Below are positions 20,815 through 33,628 of a DNA stretch of 64,000 bases, in pieces. The stretch lies in the NCBI RefSeq assembly GCF_009914755.1, contig NC_060935.1, one strand, 5' to 3'. Source of the stretch: the human T2T-CHM13v2.0 reference genome, Homo sapiens. A program made the translations under genes and the position numbers. Numbering within the stretch: the first letter of the stretch is position 1; each line of letters opens with the position of its first letter. The notes beneath the pieces were generated by a model. That model made no database searches and had not been told where the DNA came from. It saw only the letters and a program-made list of their open reading frames with translations.

Positions 20815-21366
20815 TGTTGTACTTGAGCGAGTTAGAGAAAATGCCACACTTTGAGACGAATTAAGAGTCTGTTTATTTAGCCGGCGGCTAAGAAATGGCT
20901 AAGGTTCAAAGTTCTCTCGGCCTCGAAGAAGGGGCTAGATTTTCTTTTATACTTTGGTTTAGAAAGGGGAGGGGGGTCTAGTTAAAACAATTTTACAGAA
21001 GTAGGCAAAAAAGTTAAAAGGATAAATTGTTACAGGAAAGTAAACAGTTCTAGGTCTAGGGGCTTTAAGACTATTACAAGGTGATAGACGCGGGGCTTTG
21101 GGCGTTATCAGTTGGATGAATTCCTGGGAACTGCAGATATTGCTCGCCACAGTATCTTATCAGTTAATTGCATTCTTCGATGTGCTGGGAGACAGCTTGC
21201 ACAAGTTAAGTCCTTGAGGAAGCGGCTGCCAGTGAAAGAGCCAAGATGGAGTCTGTCTGGCTCTCTTAGCTAAGGGAGAGTCAATTCAGGTGGAAACAAG
21301 GCTAGGTGATTAAAAGAAAGGGAGAGTCTTAGAACAGGGTTAGTAAAAAGAAGGTTGGGCATTACA
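20815..21366 (-). mobile_element. 3' LTR (LTR6)
   Basis: Preceded on - strand by purine tract caagtgaggaa; TG...CA termini. Confidence 0.92.
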
Positions 21367-21384
21367 TTCCTCACTTGTGTTTTT

Positions 21385-22420
21385 GGGGAATCAAATCGTT
21401 GATTCTTCAGCTATAACAAGGGGGTTATATTGAGTCTTAAGATACATAAGTTTGACAGAAGCTATGTGTTGTTTTACAAAATTAATAAACTAATTTAATA
21501 TACAAGGTCCAAAAATTAGACTTAATAGTAGGATGGGGAGGGGGTCTGGCTAACTTAGTAATTAGAATAGTTAGCTCTGGGTTCTAGTTGAACATGCTTT
21601 GATACTAGGGGATGTTATTTTCTTGTTCTTGTTGGCGCTTATCTAGATTTTCTTGCACTGTCTGGAGTGTATCTTTTATGACTAAGAATGGTGGAGGAAC
21701 AGTTAAATCAACTTTGTCAGGGTGTTCCTGGAACATAGGGTTACTTAGATCAGTTAAAGGCCTGATTGACTTGGGTGGGCTTTATGAGACTAAGGTTTTT
21801 TTGGATGGTGAACATAGTCCTAACATTAAATCCTGGGATACAAAATCTTAATCTTCATGACATGCCATGATACTATTGAGTTGAATTAAGGTCATGGACA
21901 GCTATAGTAAGAGGATTACAATTTTTCTAGTACATAATTTAGGATGAGAAGCATGACTTGTGGAAAGAGTTGAAGATCTGGTTGATCTTTTACAGTAGAT
22001 GGCTAAAGTTACACATGTCTAATCAGGGTAGAAAAACTGATAAGTATCTTGACAGCTAGCATCAGGGTGATTTCTAGGACAGAGGTAAAAGCCAATATTT
22101 TGGAGTCTTTTTTCTGCACTTTTGGAGCTTCTACACTTAGTTTGGCTCTTGGAGTGTCTGAATCTTGCTGCAAGGTCGACACTTCCTGCTCCTGGGACTG
22201 GCAGATTGTGTTGCTTTTCGTGGGTATGGGCTGGCTTTGGGAACAGTACAAATAAATCAAGTGCAAAGGAGACTTCCTTGGAGGTACCGGCCTTCTAAGT
22301 GGTGTTTGCAAATACAAGTCCTGTTGTGAAAGAGGTGAGGAGAAAGGAGTAGGAAGGCACAGAGGATGTAACGGGCAAAAACAAATAAGTGAGGTAGTAA
22401 AAAGAATGAATCTAATGGCT
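21385..22420 (-). pseudogene. HERV-T env remnant (internally deleted)
   Basis: TM C-terminal ENLDKRQQEQENNIP*YQSMFN*NP recognisable; only about 1 kb of env-region sequence remains. Confidence 0.7.
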
Positions 22421-22429
22421 TCACCTGAC

Positions 22430-24495
22430 TTAGGTGCAGTTTTAAGGGGCCTGACTTAGGCCTGGGGACTTATGTTTTTAGTTGGGCTCTGTTGGCCTTT
22501 TTGATGCGGGAGTGATGAATGTAAGCAGGAATTCCATCTACTTTCAGAGCCATTGGCGTCGTGACGATGACGGTGTGAGGTCTTTTCTAAGCAGGAGTGG
22601 GTCTTTCTTTTTGGAACTTTTTAACAAACACTAGGTCTCCTGGCTGGAAGGAATGGCAGGATTTTGGTCAGTAATTGGATTGGGATGGGTTCCTCGAACA
22701 AGTGGCAGGATGATATCTTGTACCTGTTGGAGAGACGATAGGTACTGTAACAAATTAGTTTGTGATATTTCTGCTAATTTGGCATCTCTTAGCTTAGGCA
22801 AGATAGGTGGCGCCTTCTTATACATGATTTCAAAAGGTGAGAAATTAGCCTGGTAAGGGATGCACCTTACTTTAAGTAGGGCTAAAGGAAGGAGACTTAC
22901 TTAATTTACACTGTTTTTTTAAGATTAATTTTGTAGGAGTGTTTTTTAGGGTGTGGTTCATGCGTTCTACTTGTCTGGAGCTCTGGGGTTGATAAGCACA
23001 ATGGAGCTTCTGTTGAATGTTTAACACCTTACTGACCGACTGACTGAGTTATAGGCGAGGGGAAGGCTGGTCTATTATCAGAGTTTATGGCAGCAGACAG
23101 CCTATATTTAGGGATGATTTCATTGGGTAAAAACTTAACTACTGTGTTGGTGGTTTCGTTTTTGGTAGCAAATGCCTTAGTCTATCTGGAGAAGGTGCCT
23201 ACTAGTACTAGAAGGTATTTGTACTTAGCCTGGTGTGGTTTGACTTCTCTAAACTGAATTTCTTACTTTTTTCTTGGCGAGTTTTTTCAGAGACAGTGGC
23301 CTGGGCTGGGTTTAGGACTTTGTTTGGCATTTACTTGGGCGCAGGTTGTTCACCGGAGAGCTGCTTAATCTCTTAGGCTATGAAGATGGGGGATCTTAAA
23401 ATGCCTCCGGAGGAGCTGAGGTAACTTTGCTCTTCTTAAATGGGTGGTAGACTGTAGGTAACTGGTTTAAGTTCAGGGTATGAAGATTCCAGAGTCAGGA
23501 AGAATCTACTAACTTTCCTGATTTTTATTGGCTCTGAGATCTGAAGCCAGTTTTTCTGTTGTTGTTGAGTATACGGGATTGTCAGGCAGATCTGGCTGTG
23601 GAAAGGAGACTGTGGGCAGCAAGTTTGGAGGCGTGACTGAAAGTCTGGCAGTGACCTGAGCTGCTGAATCAGCTTTCTGGTTACTATGGGCAACGGCCGT
23701 GTTTTCTTTTTGATGTCCTTTGCAGTGGATCACAGCTACCTGCTGAGGTGAGTAGCCTGATTTCCTGGTAGATGGCTTTATGTACATGCACAGTAGCTAA
23801 GGCGTACTTGCTGTCAGTGTAAATGTTAATACGTTTATCCTACTTTATCGGAGAGCCTGAGTGAGGGTGATCAATTCAGCCTTTTGTGCTGAGGTGTTCG
23901 CTGGTAAAGCTTGAGCTTAGAACACATCTGTCTCCATGGTAACAGCTGCACTGGCTTTTCATACTTCCTGCTTGAGGAAGCTGCTACTGTCTGTGAACAC
24001 GGCGGCATCTGCCTTTTCTAGGGGCACACCTTGAAGATCAGATCAGCCAGTTTCGATAGTTTCTAACAGTTCTTGACAGTCATGAGCAGGAATAGTGCAG
24101 TCTGGGTCAGGAAGTAGTGTAGCTAGATTGAAACACTTTGTGGGAGAGAAAGTCAAACGAGGCTGATCTAACAGTAAATTTTGATACTGCAAGATGCGAG
24201 CATTTGACATCTATTTGCCGAAGCATTTTGTAGTAAGGTCTTTACGGCATGAGGAGCTGTAAGGGTTAAATTTTGGCTTAGAGTTAACTTATCATCTTCT
24301 TGGGCCAGGCTTGCTGTAGCTGCTACGGCTCGCAGACAACTTGGCCATCTACAGGCCACAGGATCTAGCATCTTAGATAAATAGGCCACTGGGCAGCTTT
24401 AGGGTCTTAGAGTCTGAGTAAGCACGTCTTTAGCAACTCCTTGGCTTTTATGGAGATATTAGAGAGGGCTAAAGCAGGGGCTTCAGTTAATGCTG
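22430..24495 (-). pseudogene. HERV-T pol remnant (tether, RNase H, integrase)
   Basis: [33 protein letters not shown] and integrase motifs; many stops. Confidence 0.88.
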
Positions 24496-24519
24496 AATTA
24501 ACGGGCTATTTCATTCTGT

Positions 24520-25878
24520 ACTTCTTGGAGAGCTGCCACTAAGATTTTTGTTTGTCTTTTGAATGCTTTATCAGCGGCCTTTTCAGCTGCCTGTGTTGCT
24601 TTTGTTTTTTAAACTTTTGATTGTCAAAAACTTTTGGGCTATTTCTAAAAGCTGACTGATATTTATTCTAGCAAATCTTTCTAGTTTTCGGAGTTTCTTT
24701 TTAATATCCGGGGCTGCCTGAGCCACAAATGCTAAATTAAGAGCACGGCTGTTTTCGGGAGCTGCCGGGTCAAAAGGGGTGTAAATCCGATAAAAAGGGG
24801 TGTAAATCCGATAAGCCTCCTGGAGGTGCTCTAAAAACCTTCTTGGTGACTTCTCGGGCCTTTGGACAACTTTGGTCGTCTTAGACAAGTTGATGGGTTT
24901 CTGAGAGGCTCTTTTAATACTTGCGAGGAGATACCGGTGAGAATCGTCTAAAGCTCCCTTTCTACTTGAGGAATTTGGGTCCTGGTTAGGCCGTGTAGAG
25001 GGAAAGACCTCCTCAAGGAGGTCTCTAGCTTCTTCTTCCGGTCCATTGGCTGATGTGAGGAAGTACTTTTTGGCTTCTTTTTGGATACATTCTTTCTTTT
25101 CAGAGGTGAAAAGGGTTAAAAGGAGCTGTTGGCAATCATCTTAGGTGGGTGAGTGAGTCCAGAGTACAGACTCTGTCAGAGAGGTCAAAGCCTGGGGCTT
25201 TTCAGAGAAGGGAGGATTATGGGTTTTCTAATTATATAAGTCAGAAGTAGAAAAAGGGACATAAACTAAGAAGGGTGCTGAGCGCTCGTCACCTGGAGGG
25301 ACTTGTGCCTCTCTCAGTGGTAGTAGAGGGGCTACTTCTTCCTGCCACGGTCATGATTGAGAGGCAATGGGTGGCGAGCCTACAGGGGACGTCGTCGAGG
25401 AGACATGGGATAACTTTAAGGGAGAAGGTTGGTTGTAAGGCGGTGGGAATGGGTGAGGGAGACTCCCCTCTTCTTCAGAGGGAGGCAGTACAGGGGGAGC
25501 TGAACCGGCTGAGGGTCGAGGTGAAAACGCGGTCTGGCTTAGGAGGACCTGGGAGGTAGAATTATGAATGGCGCATGAATGGAGCCATGGAGGGGGGATC
25601 CTGACTAAACTTAGCAATTGATCAATGTAGGGAAACTGATCAGGGTGGCTAGGAGTTTCAGTAACAACCTGCCACACAGCTTGAACAATTGTGAGGTTCA
25701 ATGACCCTTCAGGGGGCCACTTGACTTTAAACTTTGGCCATTTTATTTTGCACAATGTCTGGAGCCTGCCTTTTTTAAGGCGGACTTTATAATCCTCTGA
25801 GGAACTGAGAGGAAAATTCTGCAGCATACATTGGAGAGGGCTTTAACTTTTATAAGGCTGGGAGGAAGTGTTTCTTAT
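24520..25878 (-). pseudogene. HERV-T gag remnant (MA, PPPY late domain, CA)
   Basis: WPPEGSL, HPDQFPYID, PPPY, QEAYRIYTPFDP, AFVAQAAPDIKKKL; start codon mutated to ATA. Confidence 0.9.
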
Positions 25879-27680
25879 TTTTTTTTTTTTTTGAAGGCAA
25901 TTTAATAAGATTTGAGCATTGATATTAAACTTAGCATGGACAGAGAAACTTATTTCTTGGGGGACTGGAGTAGTGATAGAACAGAATCAACATGACTACA
26001 AAGAGCAGAAAAACTTACAACAGCTAATACTACTTGCTACATTGCTGTAGCTTTAAGATCGAGGGAGGAGGACTAGAGCCAGCCTGAGATCTTCTGGGTC
26101 AGTTTGATCTAGGCATTCTTCTTCTTCTAGATCTGCACTTTAAATACTTTTGGTGTCTTTATGACTTAAAGGCAAATAGCTTAAACTTAGTTTTTTCTTT
26201 TAAGGGTTTAAGGAGTGAGAGCAGAGCCAAGTCCTGGAGACGCAGAACTTGCTGTCTCACCGGAAAAGGAGATGTGCGGGGTAGGGGGCAGGGACAAGGT
26301 GGAAAAGGACTACTCGGATCACTTTTAAGGTGGGAGAGTAGCCACAGAGGAACAGAGTAAGAATCTAAACGAAGTAAAGCAGTACGGGCGTACATTTCTT
26401 TACACAGTGTTCTACTTAAGGGCACAGGAAAAGTTACAGAATGACAAAAGAGGTGAGTGAGGAGATCTGCAGGGTGGCTGTTTTGAACTCACTACTGGTT
26501 TAGTTTAGAGGACGTCTAATCACTTGGACGTGGAGTATGACGATCTAAATACTTACAACTTTCATGGTGCTAGAAATCATAATCAGGCAAATGTTTTTCA
26601 CACTTGTTCTTGTAGCAACACTTGACTTGCTTCTGGCAGAAAAGACAGGACTGTGGTGGCCAGCCTAAATGATTGATGAGAAATTTAACCTCCTGTGACA
26701 AAAAATCAGCACTAAGGACTTTGAAGAAGTTTTTACTTAGACGTCTTGGGCAATATCAACGTCTTGACATGAAAACTTTCACAACTACTAACAAGACAAT
26801 AGACACTGAACAGAACAGTCAACATAAAACAAACAATTGACTTTAGGGCATGTAAACAGTTACGAGAGTTTCTTCCTTTTTTTTTTTTTAGACAGACAAG
26901 GGGAGGGGATCCAGCGATGGGATCAGTCAGATGCCTGCCTGGCCGCTCCCCGTGAGGGGACTTGGGCTCCTCTTAGCATTGGCAGGCCGGTATAAACTTC
27001 CGGCTCAGATCGAGCTATGCCTGATGCTGCCTTAAGCCTTATGAGGTCGCCATGGAACCGCAGGTGAGGGTCTACTTGAACTCCGTAGCTTTCGCTGTGG
27101 AGCTACAAACTGGAGGACAAGCGCAAGCCCTTGTCCTCCCTCATTCATTCATTATTCACAAAGAGTTTATAACAGTTTTTTTTCTTTCTTGGAGATTCTT
27201 CAAGAAACTTGAACAAGAGAAAGATGAGAGATAGAAAAAGAGAGAGAGAGAGTGACCGGTCTGCCAGAAACCAGGACTCAGTCCTCCAGCATCCTGGGAT
27301 GTGGACTGAGTCAAGGGAGGTCCCCTGTCAGGGCTACTTCCCTCCTAGAAAGAGACACAGAAGTGCCTAACAGAAAACCAGGGCTCTACCTTCCAGCTTC
27401 CTAGAGAAACGGGCAGAGTCAAGAGAGGGACACCCTCATCAGGGCCGCTTCCCTCTTACAAGAACTGAAGTCAAATCTGACCTACCTGACCTCGGGGTCA
27501 GAAGTCGAGGACTCAGAGGTGGAATTTTTATGGGCACCCACACGGTAGTCGATCCGCTCTCCTCTGGAAGACGGTCACCTTTCGGGGACCTGAAAATTTT
27601 TTTTTAGGTGACACCCCCCCTACAAGCCGGCCGTCCTTCCGGGGGAGCCCGGAGCGAGCCCGGCTCTCGCCTGGTGGTGT

Positions 27681-27698
27681 TTCTCACTCGGGCCTCCA
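27681..27698 (-). promoter_or_regulatory. Primer binding site (tRNA-Thr type)
   Basis: TGGAGGCCCGAGTGAGAA two bases after the 5' LTR. Confidence 0.8.
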
Positions 27699-27700
27699 AA

Positions 27701-28255
27701 TGTTGTACTTGAGCGAGTTAGAAAAAATGCCACAAGTTGACATGAATTAAGTCTGTTTATTTAGCTGGTGGCCAAGAGATGGCTAACTCTTAAAGTTCTC
27801 TTGGCCCCGAAGAAGGGGCTAGATTTTCTTTTATACTTCAGTTTAGAAAGGGGAAAGGGGTGTAGTTAAAAGAATTTTACAGAAGTAAAGTAGGCAAAAA
27901 AGTTAAAAGGATAAATTGTTACAGGAAAGTAAACAGATCTAGGTCTAAGGGCTTTAAGACTATTACAAAGTGATAGACGTGGGGCTTTAGGCATTATCAA
28001 TCGGACAAATTCCTGGGAACTGCGGATATTGCTCGCCACAGTATCTTATCAGTTAATTGCACTCTTAGATGTGCTAAGAGTCAGCTTGCACAAGTTAAGT
28101 CCTTGAGGAAGGGGCTGCCAGTGAAAAAGCCAAGATAAAGTCTGTCTAGCTCTCTTAGCTAAAAGAAAGTCAATTCAGGTAGAAACAAGGCTAAGGGAAT
28201 AAAAGAAAAGGAAAGTCTACGAACAAAGTTAATAAAAACAAGGTTAGGCATTACA
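27701..28255 (-). mobile_element. 5' LTR (LTR6)
   Basis: Homologous to 20815-21366 and adjacent to the PBS. Confidence 0.92.
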
Positions 28256-28450
28256 GATGGGGTCATCCTTATATTCAGCACAGTGTTTGTCCTGAAACTT
28301 CAATGGAGTGCTCCTAGTTTGATAACTTGGACCATGCCAAATAAATTGAATTTCTCTTTCTTAACAACAGATGTTTGAATACAGCCCCGTGTCCCTCTCT
28401 GCTCCTTCCTGCCTTCCTCCTCTCCTCTTCCTTCCCTCCCTTTTCAAGAG

Positions 28451-29082
28451 CAGGGTTTGCAAGCTTTTACTTGAAAGCATCAGATAGATAGTAAATATTT
28501 TAGACTTCGTGGGCCATACAGTCTCTTGTAGTAGTTACTCAACTCTGTCACCCATAGAATGAAAGCAGCTGATATAGGTTGAATATGTGTCCCCTCCCAA
28601 ATCTCATGTTGCAATGTAATCCCCAGTGTTAGAGGTGGGGCCTGGTGGGAAGAGATTGGATCACGGGGGTGGATTTCTCATGAATGATTTAGCGTCATCC
28701 TTTTGGTTCTGTCCTTGCAACAGTGAGTGAGTTCTTGCAAGATCTGGTTGTTTACGAGTGTGTAGCACCTCCCTCCTTACTCTCTTGCTCCCACTTCAGC
28801 TTCTGCCATGATTGTAAGTTTCCTGAGGCCTCCACAGAAGCTCAGTAGATGTCAGTGTCATGCTCCCTGTACAGCCTACAAAACTGTGAGCCAATTAAAC
28901 CTCTTTTCTTTATACATTACCCAGTCTCAGGTATTTTTTATAGCATGAGAGAACAGCCTAATCCAGCAGCCATAGACAATATGTAGCAAATGGACATGGC
29001 TGTGTTTCAATAAAACTTTATTGACAAAAACATGTGCAGGCAGGTCAGATTTGGCCCATGGGCCATAGTGTCCCAACCTCTG
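28451..29082. mobile_element. MER58A hAT DNA transposon split by an MST LTR
   Basis: cagggtttgcaagctttt...gtgtcccaacctctg degenerate TIRs; the two halves join at gcagc. Confidence 0.8.
28570..28965 (+). mobile_element. MST-type MaLR solo LTR
   Basis: tgatatagg...cctaatcca; perfect 5-bp TSD gcagc. Confidence 0.9.
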
Positions 29083-29122
29083 CTCTGGAATATTCTCTTT
29101 AGCCTGGATGGACATCTCTAGG

Positions 29123-29322
<200 letters not shown>

Positions 29323-29947
29323 TAATTCTGCGAACAGAAATTCCTGAGAACTGAGATGGGGGAAATCGCTGGTATTAGAAGGGTGAAAAGGTCAGTAATT
29401 AAGGCTACGACTGTGCTCTTAGAGGCAAAAGAAGAAAATGAGACTGCCAGGCATGAATAATGAGAAATCTTTGATGGAATTAGCCATGCAGAACAGATAC
29501 TAAATGCATCCTCATTCTTCTCATAGTCAAAAGTTTTTGCTGAAGCTGGATGGGAAAAAGAGAATCCCATTTGACTAAGTATAAAAGAGGGGATTTTAGA
29601 GAAGGTCTCAGAAGAAAGAGATGTGGGGGTTTGGTGAAACTCACCAGAGGCTGAACCCTCTCCAGCATAACACAGGGATTGGGAGGAGCGGGGTGGCATT
29701 AGGCCAGGTGCATAGCCCAGTGCTGCTCTCTCTGGACTTTCTGCTCTCTCTGGACTTGTTTGCTAGCTGAGCTCATCCATTTGCATAATTTTCAGTGCCA
29801 TTTCTCAGCTGATGAGTCCTGAACTTTTGTCTTGAGGCTAGACTTCTCCTTCAAACAGCAGTCTTAAACACTCAACTTCTTTCTTGTTTTTTCCACTTGT
29901 CAACTCATGAAAACCTCAACCTTGTTAAATCCAAAGCCAAACTCATG

Positions 29948-30265
29948 GCTTGGAGTGGTAGGTGATGGCTGTAATGCCAGTGCTATGGGAGGCTGAGGTG
30001 GGAGGATTACTTGAGGTCAGGAGTTTGAAGCCAGCTTGGAAAACACAGTGAGACTCCCTAACTATAAAAAAAAAAAAAAAAAAAAAAAAAAAGATAGGCA
30101 TGGTGAAGTGCATCTGTAGGATCTGTAGTCCTGTTACATGGCAGGCTGAGGCAGGAGGATCACTTGAGCCCAGGAGTTTGAGGCTGCAAAGAGCTATGAT
30201 TGCACCAATGCACTCCAGCCTGGGTGACAGAGCCAGAGTCCCTGTCTTAAAAAAAAAACAAAATC
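29948..30265 (+). mobile_element. AluJ with expanded central poly-A
   Basis: Sense AluJ with a long A-run linker. Confidence 0.87.
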
Positions 30266-30299
30266 AAAACTCTTTTTCCTCCTCCTTCTCCATGGGCTC

Positions 30300-32200
30300 T
30301 GTCCGTGCCATCTCTGTTCTGTAAATGGCTCCACCCCCTGCTGAGCTGCTCAAGGTAGTCATAACTCATGTGCTGTGCTAACTCTACTTTTGCCCTCTTC
30401 TCCAGTCAGAAGTCCTCTGATTCTAAACTTTATCCAACTTGTCCACTCTCTCTATCTTCACTGTCATTATCTTTGCCTAGGACACCGCTATCCCAGCTGG
30501 GCTACAGCGGCAGCCTCCTAACTGGTCTTAACTGGTCCTCTGCACCTGCTCTCCATGCTCAGCAATCCATTTCCTACCTAGCAGCTTCAGTGATCTTAAG
30601 GTGTCCATTGAGTCTCTTTCCTGCCCATGGCACATAGAATAAAATCGAGACCCCGAGTCTTCTGCCTGTTCCTACCATCTCTCCAGCTCTCTCCTATCTC
30701 CTCCCCTTGGCCTACTCTATTTCAGCCACTCTGTCCTCCTTTTGTTGTCTTTGACTTTCAAACCTTTCTCCACTACTGGGCCTTTGCATTTGCTGCTTCA
30801 GCCTGGAATGATTTTCCTCTGCACCTCCCCAAATTAGACCATCCTTTAGGTCTCAGCTAAAATGGTGCTTCCAGACAGCTCTTTCCTAACCCCTTTATAA
30901 AGTGGACTTCCCTGCTCGTCTCCACCTTAACCTCATTATTTCTTGTTGTGGGAACTCAGGGACCCCAAATGGAGGGACTGGCTGGAGCTGTGGCAGAGGA
31001 ACATAAATTGTGAAGATTTCATGGACATTTATCAGTTCCCAAATAATACTTTTATACTTTCTTATGCCTGTCTTTATTTTAATCTCTTAATCCTGTTATA
31101 TTCATAACCTGAGGATGTACATCACCTCAGGACCACTGTGATAATTGTGTTAACTGTACAAATTGATTGTAAAACATGTGTGTTTCAACAATATGAAATC
31201 AGTGAACCTTGAAAAAGAAGAGAATAACAGCAATTTTTAGGGAACAAGGGAAGACAACCATAAGGTCTGACTTCCTGCAGGGTTGGGCAAAAAGAGCCAT
31301 ATGTTTCTCCTTGCACAGAGTCTATAAATGAACGTGCAAGTAGGACAGATATTGCTAAATTCTTTTCCTAGCAAGGAATATTAATATTAATACCCTGGGA
31401 AAGGAATGCATTCCTGGGGGGAGGTCTATAAATGGCCGCTCTGGGAATGTCTGTCTTATTCAGTTGAGATAAGGACAGAGATACGCCCTGGTCTCCTGCA
31501 GTACCCAAAGGCTTACTAGGGTGGGGAAAAACTCTGCCCTGGTAAATTTGTGGTCAGACTGGTTCTTTGCTCTCGAACCCTGTTTTCTTTTGTTTAAGAT
31601 GTTTATTAAGACAATACGTGCACCACTGAACATAGACCCTTATCAGTGGTTCTGCTTTTGCCCTTTGCTTTGTGATCTTTGCTGGACCTTTATCAGTAGT
31701 TCTGCTTTTGCCCTTTGTCCTGTTCCCTCAGAAGCATGTGATCTTTCTTAGACCCTTAGTAGTAGTTCTGCTTTTTGCCCTTTGAAGCATGTGATCTTTG
31801 TACCTACTCCCTGTTCTTACAGCCCCTCCCCTTTTGAAACCCTTAATAAAAACTTGCTGGTCTGAGACTCAGCAGGCAGCACAGACTTACTGATATGTAA
31901 TGTCACTCCCAGCGGCCCAGCTGTAAAATTCCTCTCTTTGCAGTGTCTCTCTTTATTTCTCGGCTGGCTGACACTTATGGAAAATAGAAAGAACCTACGT
32001 TGAAATATTGGGGGCAGGTTCCATCAATACTTCTTTCATGGATTTACTTATTTTTTGTCTCCCTCCTTACCCTAGAAACTCCTGGAGGGCAGAGCTGTGT
32101 CTGCCATCTTCATCATTGCATTACCACCACCCAGCACAGTGCCTGGCACAAAAGAGTTGCTCAATAAATAAATCAGGATGAATGGATAAATACATGGATA
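30300..32200 (+). mobile_element. L2 3' region split by MER11
   Basis: cctttgcatttgctg...cctggaatg and cccagcacagtgcctggcaca...ctcaataaat L2 terminus. Confidence 0.7.
30944..32029 (+). mobile_element. MER11 (HML-8/HERV-K11) solo LTR
   Basis: tgttgtgggaactcagggacccc...acctacgttgaaatattggggg; about 1.09 kb; flanks tttct/cttct. Confidence 0.92.
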
Positions 32201-32538
32201 GGCACTTTGAACTACAGATGAGTTTAAATACTTTGTGTTTTTCTTAGTCAAACATGTGCAATTAAGCATGTGATAAATGATATGACGACCGCACCTGTGT
32301 CTTGCCTGATGTTCTTTGCAATCACTAAATGAAGTCAATTGTGCCTGTTTTGACAGTTCTGTTTTCAATCTAATGATCTGTTTCTTTTAACCTCTGGCTG
32401 TTGGCTTTGTTTGGGTTTGTTAGCCTGACAAACTGGCAGATATTGGTATTTGCTCTTTTGTTTAAATGTCATGAACTTTAAAAATGCCTTTGCTTTTGGT
32501 AAGAAACCCTACTTGGGACAGTCTAGCAGTCAGGATGA

Positions 32539-32907
<369 letters not shown>

Positions 32908-33326
32908 TGAGGCTTATTCTTGGTCACGTTGCATGTCTGGGCTGTGTTAGTGCATTGTGGGGTGGTCTGTTCATTGTGTTCACTCAGGGATCCAGGCTGA
33001 CAGAAGCCCCATCTCTGCATGTGTCCTTGATCACCACTTCAGGGGAAAGGGAATGTGGTGGATCACACAGCCTCTTAACACTTCCACCTGGAGGTGACTC
33101 AAGTTGCTCTTGCTCATGGTTCATTGGACAAAACAGATCACAGAGACATGGGCAACTTCTCTGTGCCTGGAAGGGGAATCAAAATATGAATAGCTACGTT
33201 GATTTTCCCTAGCTATTACACAGAACGCCTCATTTAAACACAGTTACTTATTTGTGTTTTGAAGCTAATTGTTGTCCATCAAACTTCACAGAAGGTATGT
33301 GCACTTCCAAGTTATTATTAAGCACA

Positions 33327-33628
33327 ATTTTTTTTTTTTTTTTTTTGAGACAGAGTCTCACTCTCTTGCCCAGGCTGGAGTGCAGTGGCATGATCATGGA
33401 TCACTGCAACTTATGCCTCCTGGGTTCAAGTGATTTTCGTGCCTCAGCCTCCCAAAGTGCTGTGACTACAGACACCCACCACTGCGCCTGGCTAAGTTTT
33501 GTATTTTTTATAGAGATGGGGTTTCACCATGTTGGCCTGGCTGGACTGGAACTCCTGACCTCAGGTGACCCACCTGCCTCGGCCTCCCAAAGTGCTGAGA
33601 TGACAGGCGTGAGCTGCCACGCCCATCC
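33327..33628 (-). mobile_element. AluS
   Basis: Antisense Alu with poly-T. Confidence 0.92.

Larger units (their letters stand above)
20815..28255 (-). mobile_element. HERV-T / HERV-S71 (LTR6) provirus, internally deleted and hypermutated
   Basis: Two ~550-bp LTRs (TGTAATGCC...TACAACA on -), Thr-type PBS, gammaretroviral gag/RNase H/integrase/env remnants; flanks gttg/gatg (3 of 4 TSD match). Confidence 0.9.

Noticed and set aside
20815-28255. Dating the provirus from LTR-LTR divergence
   Set aside because: Many LTR differences are directional editing-like changes, so a neutral clock does not apply
31630-31805. Repeat-spacer pattern resembling a CRISPR array
   Set aside because: Degenerate tandem units internal to a primate MER11 LTR; no unique spacers or cas genes
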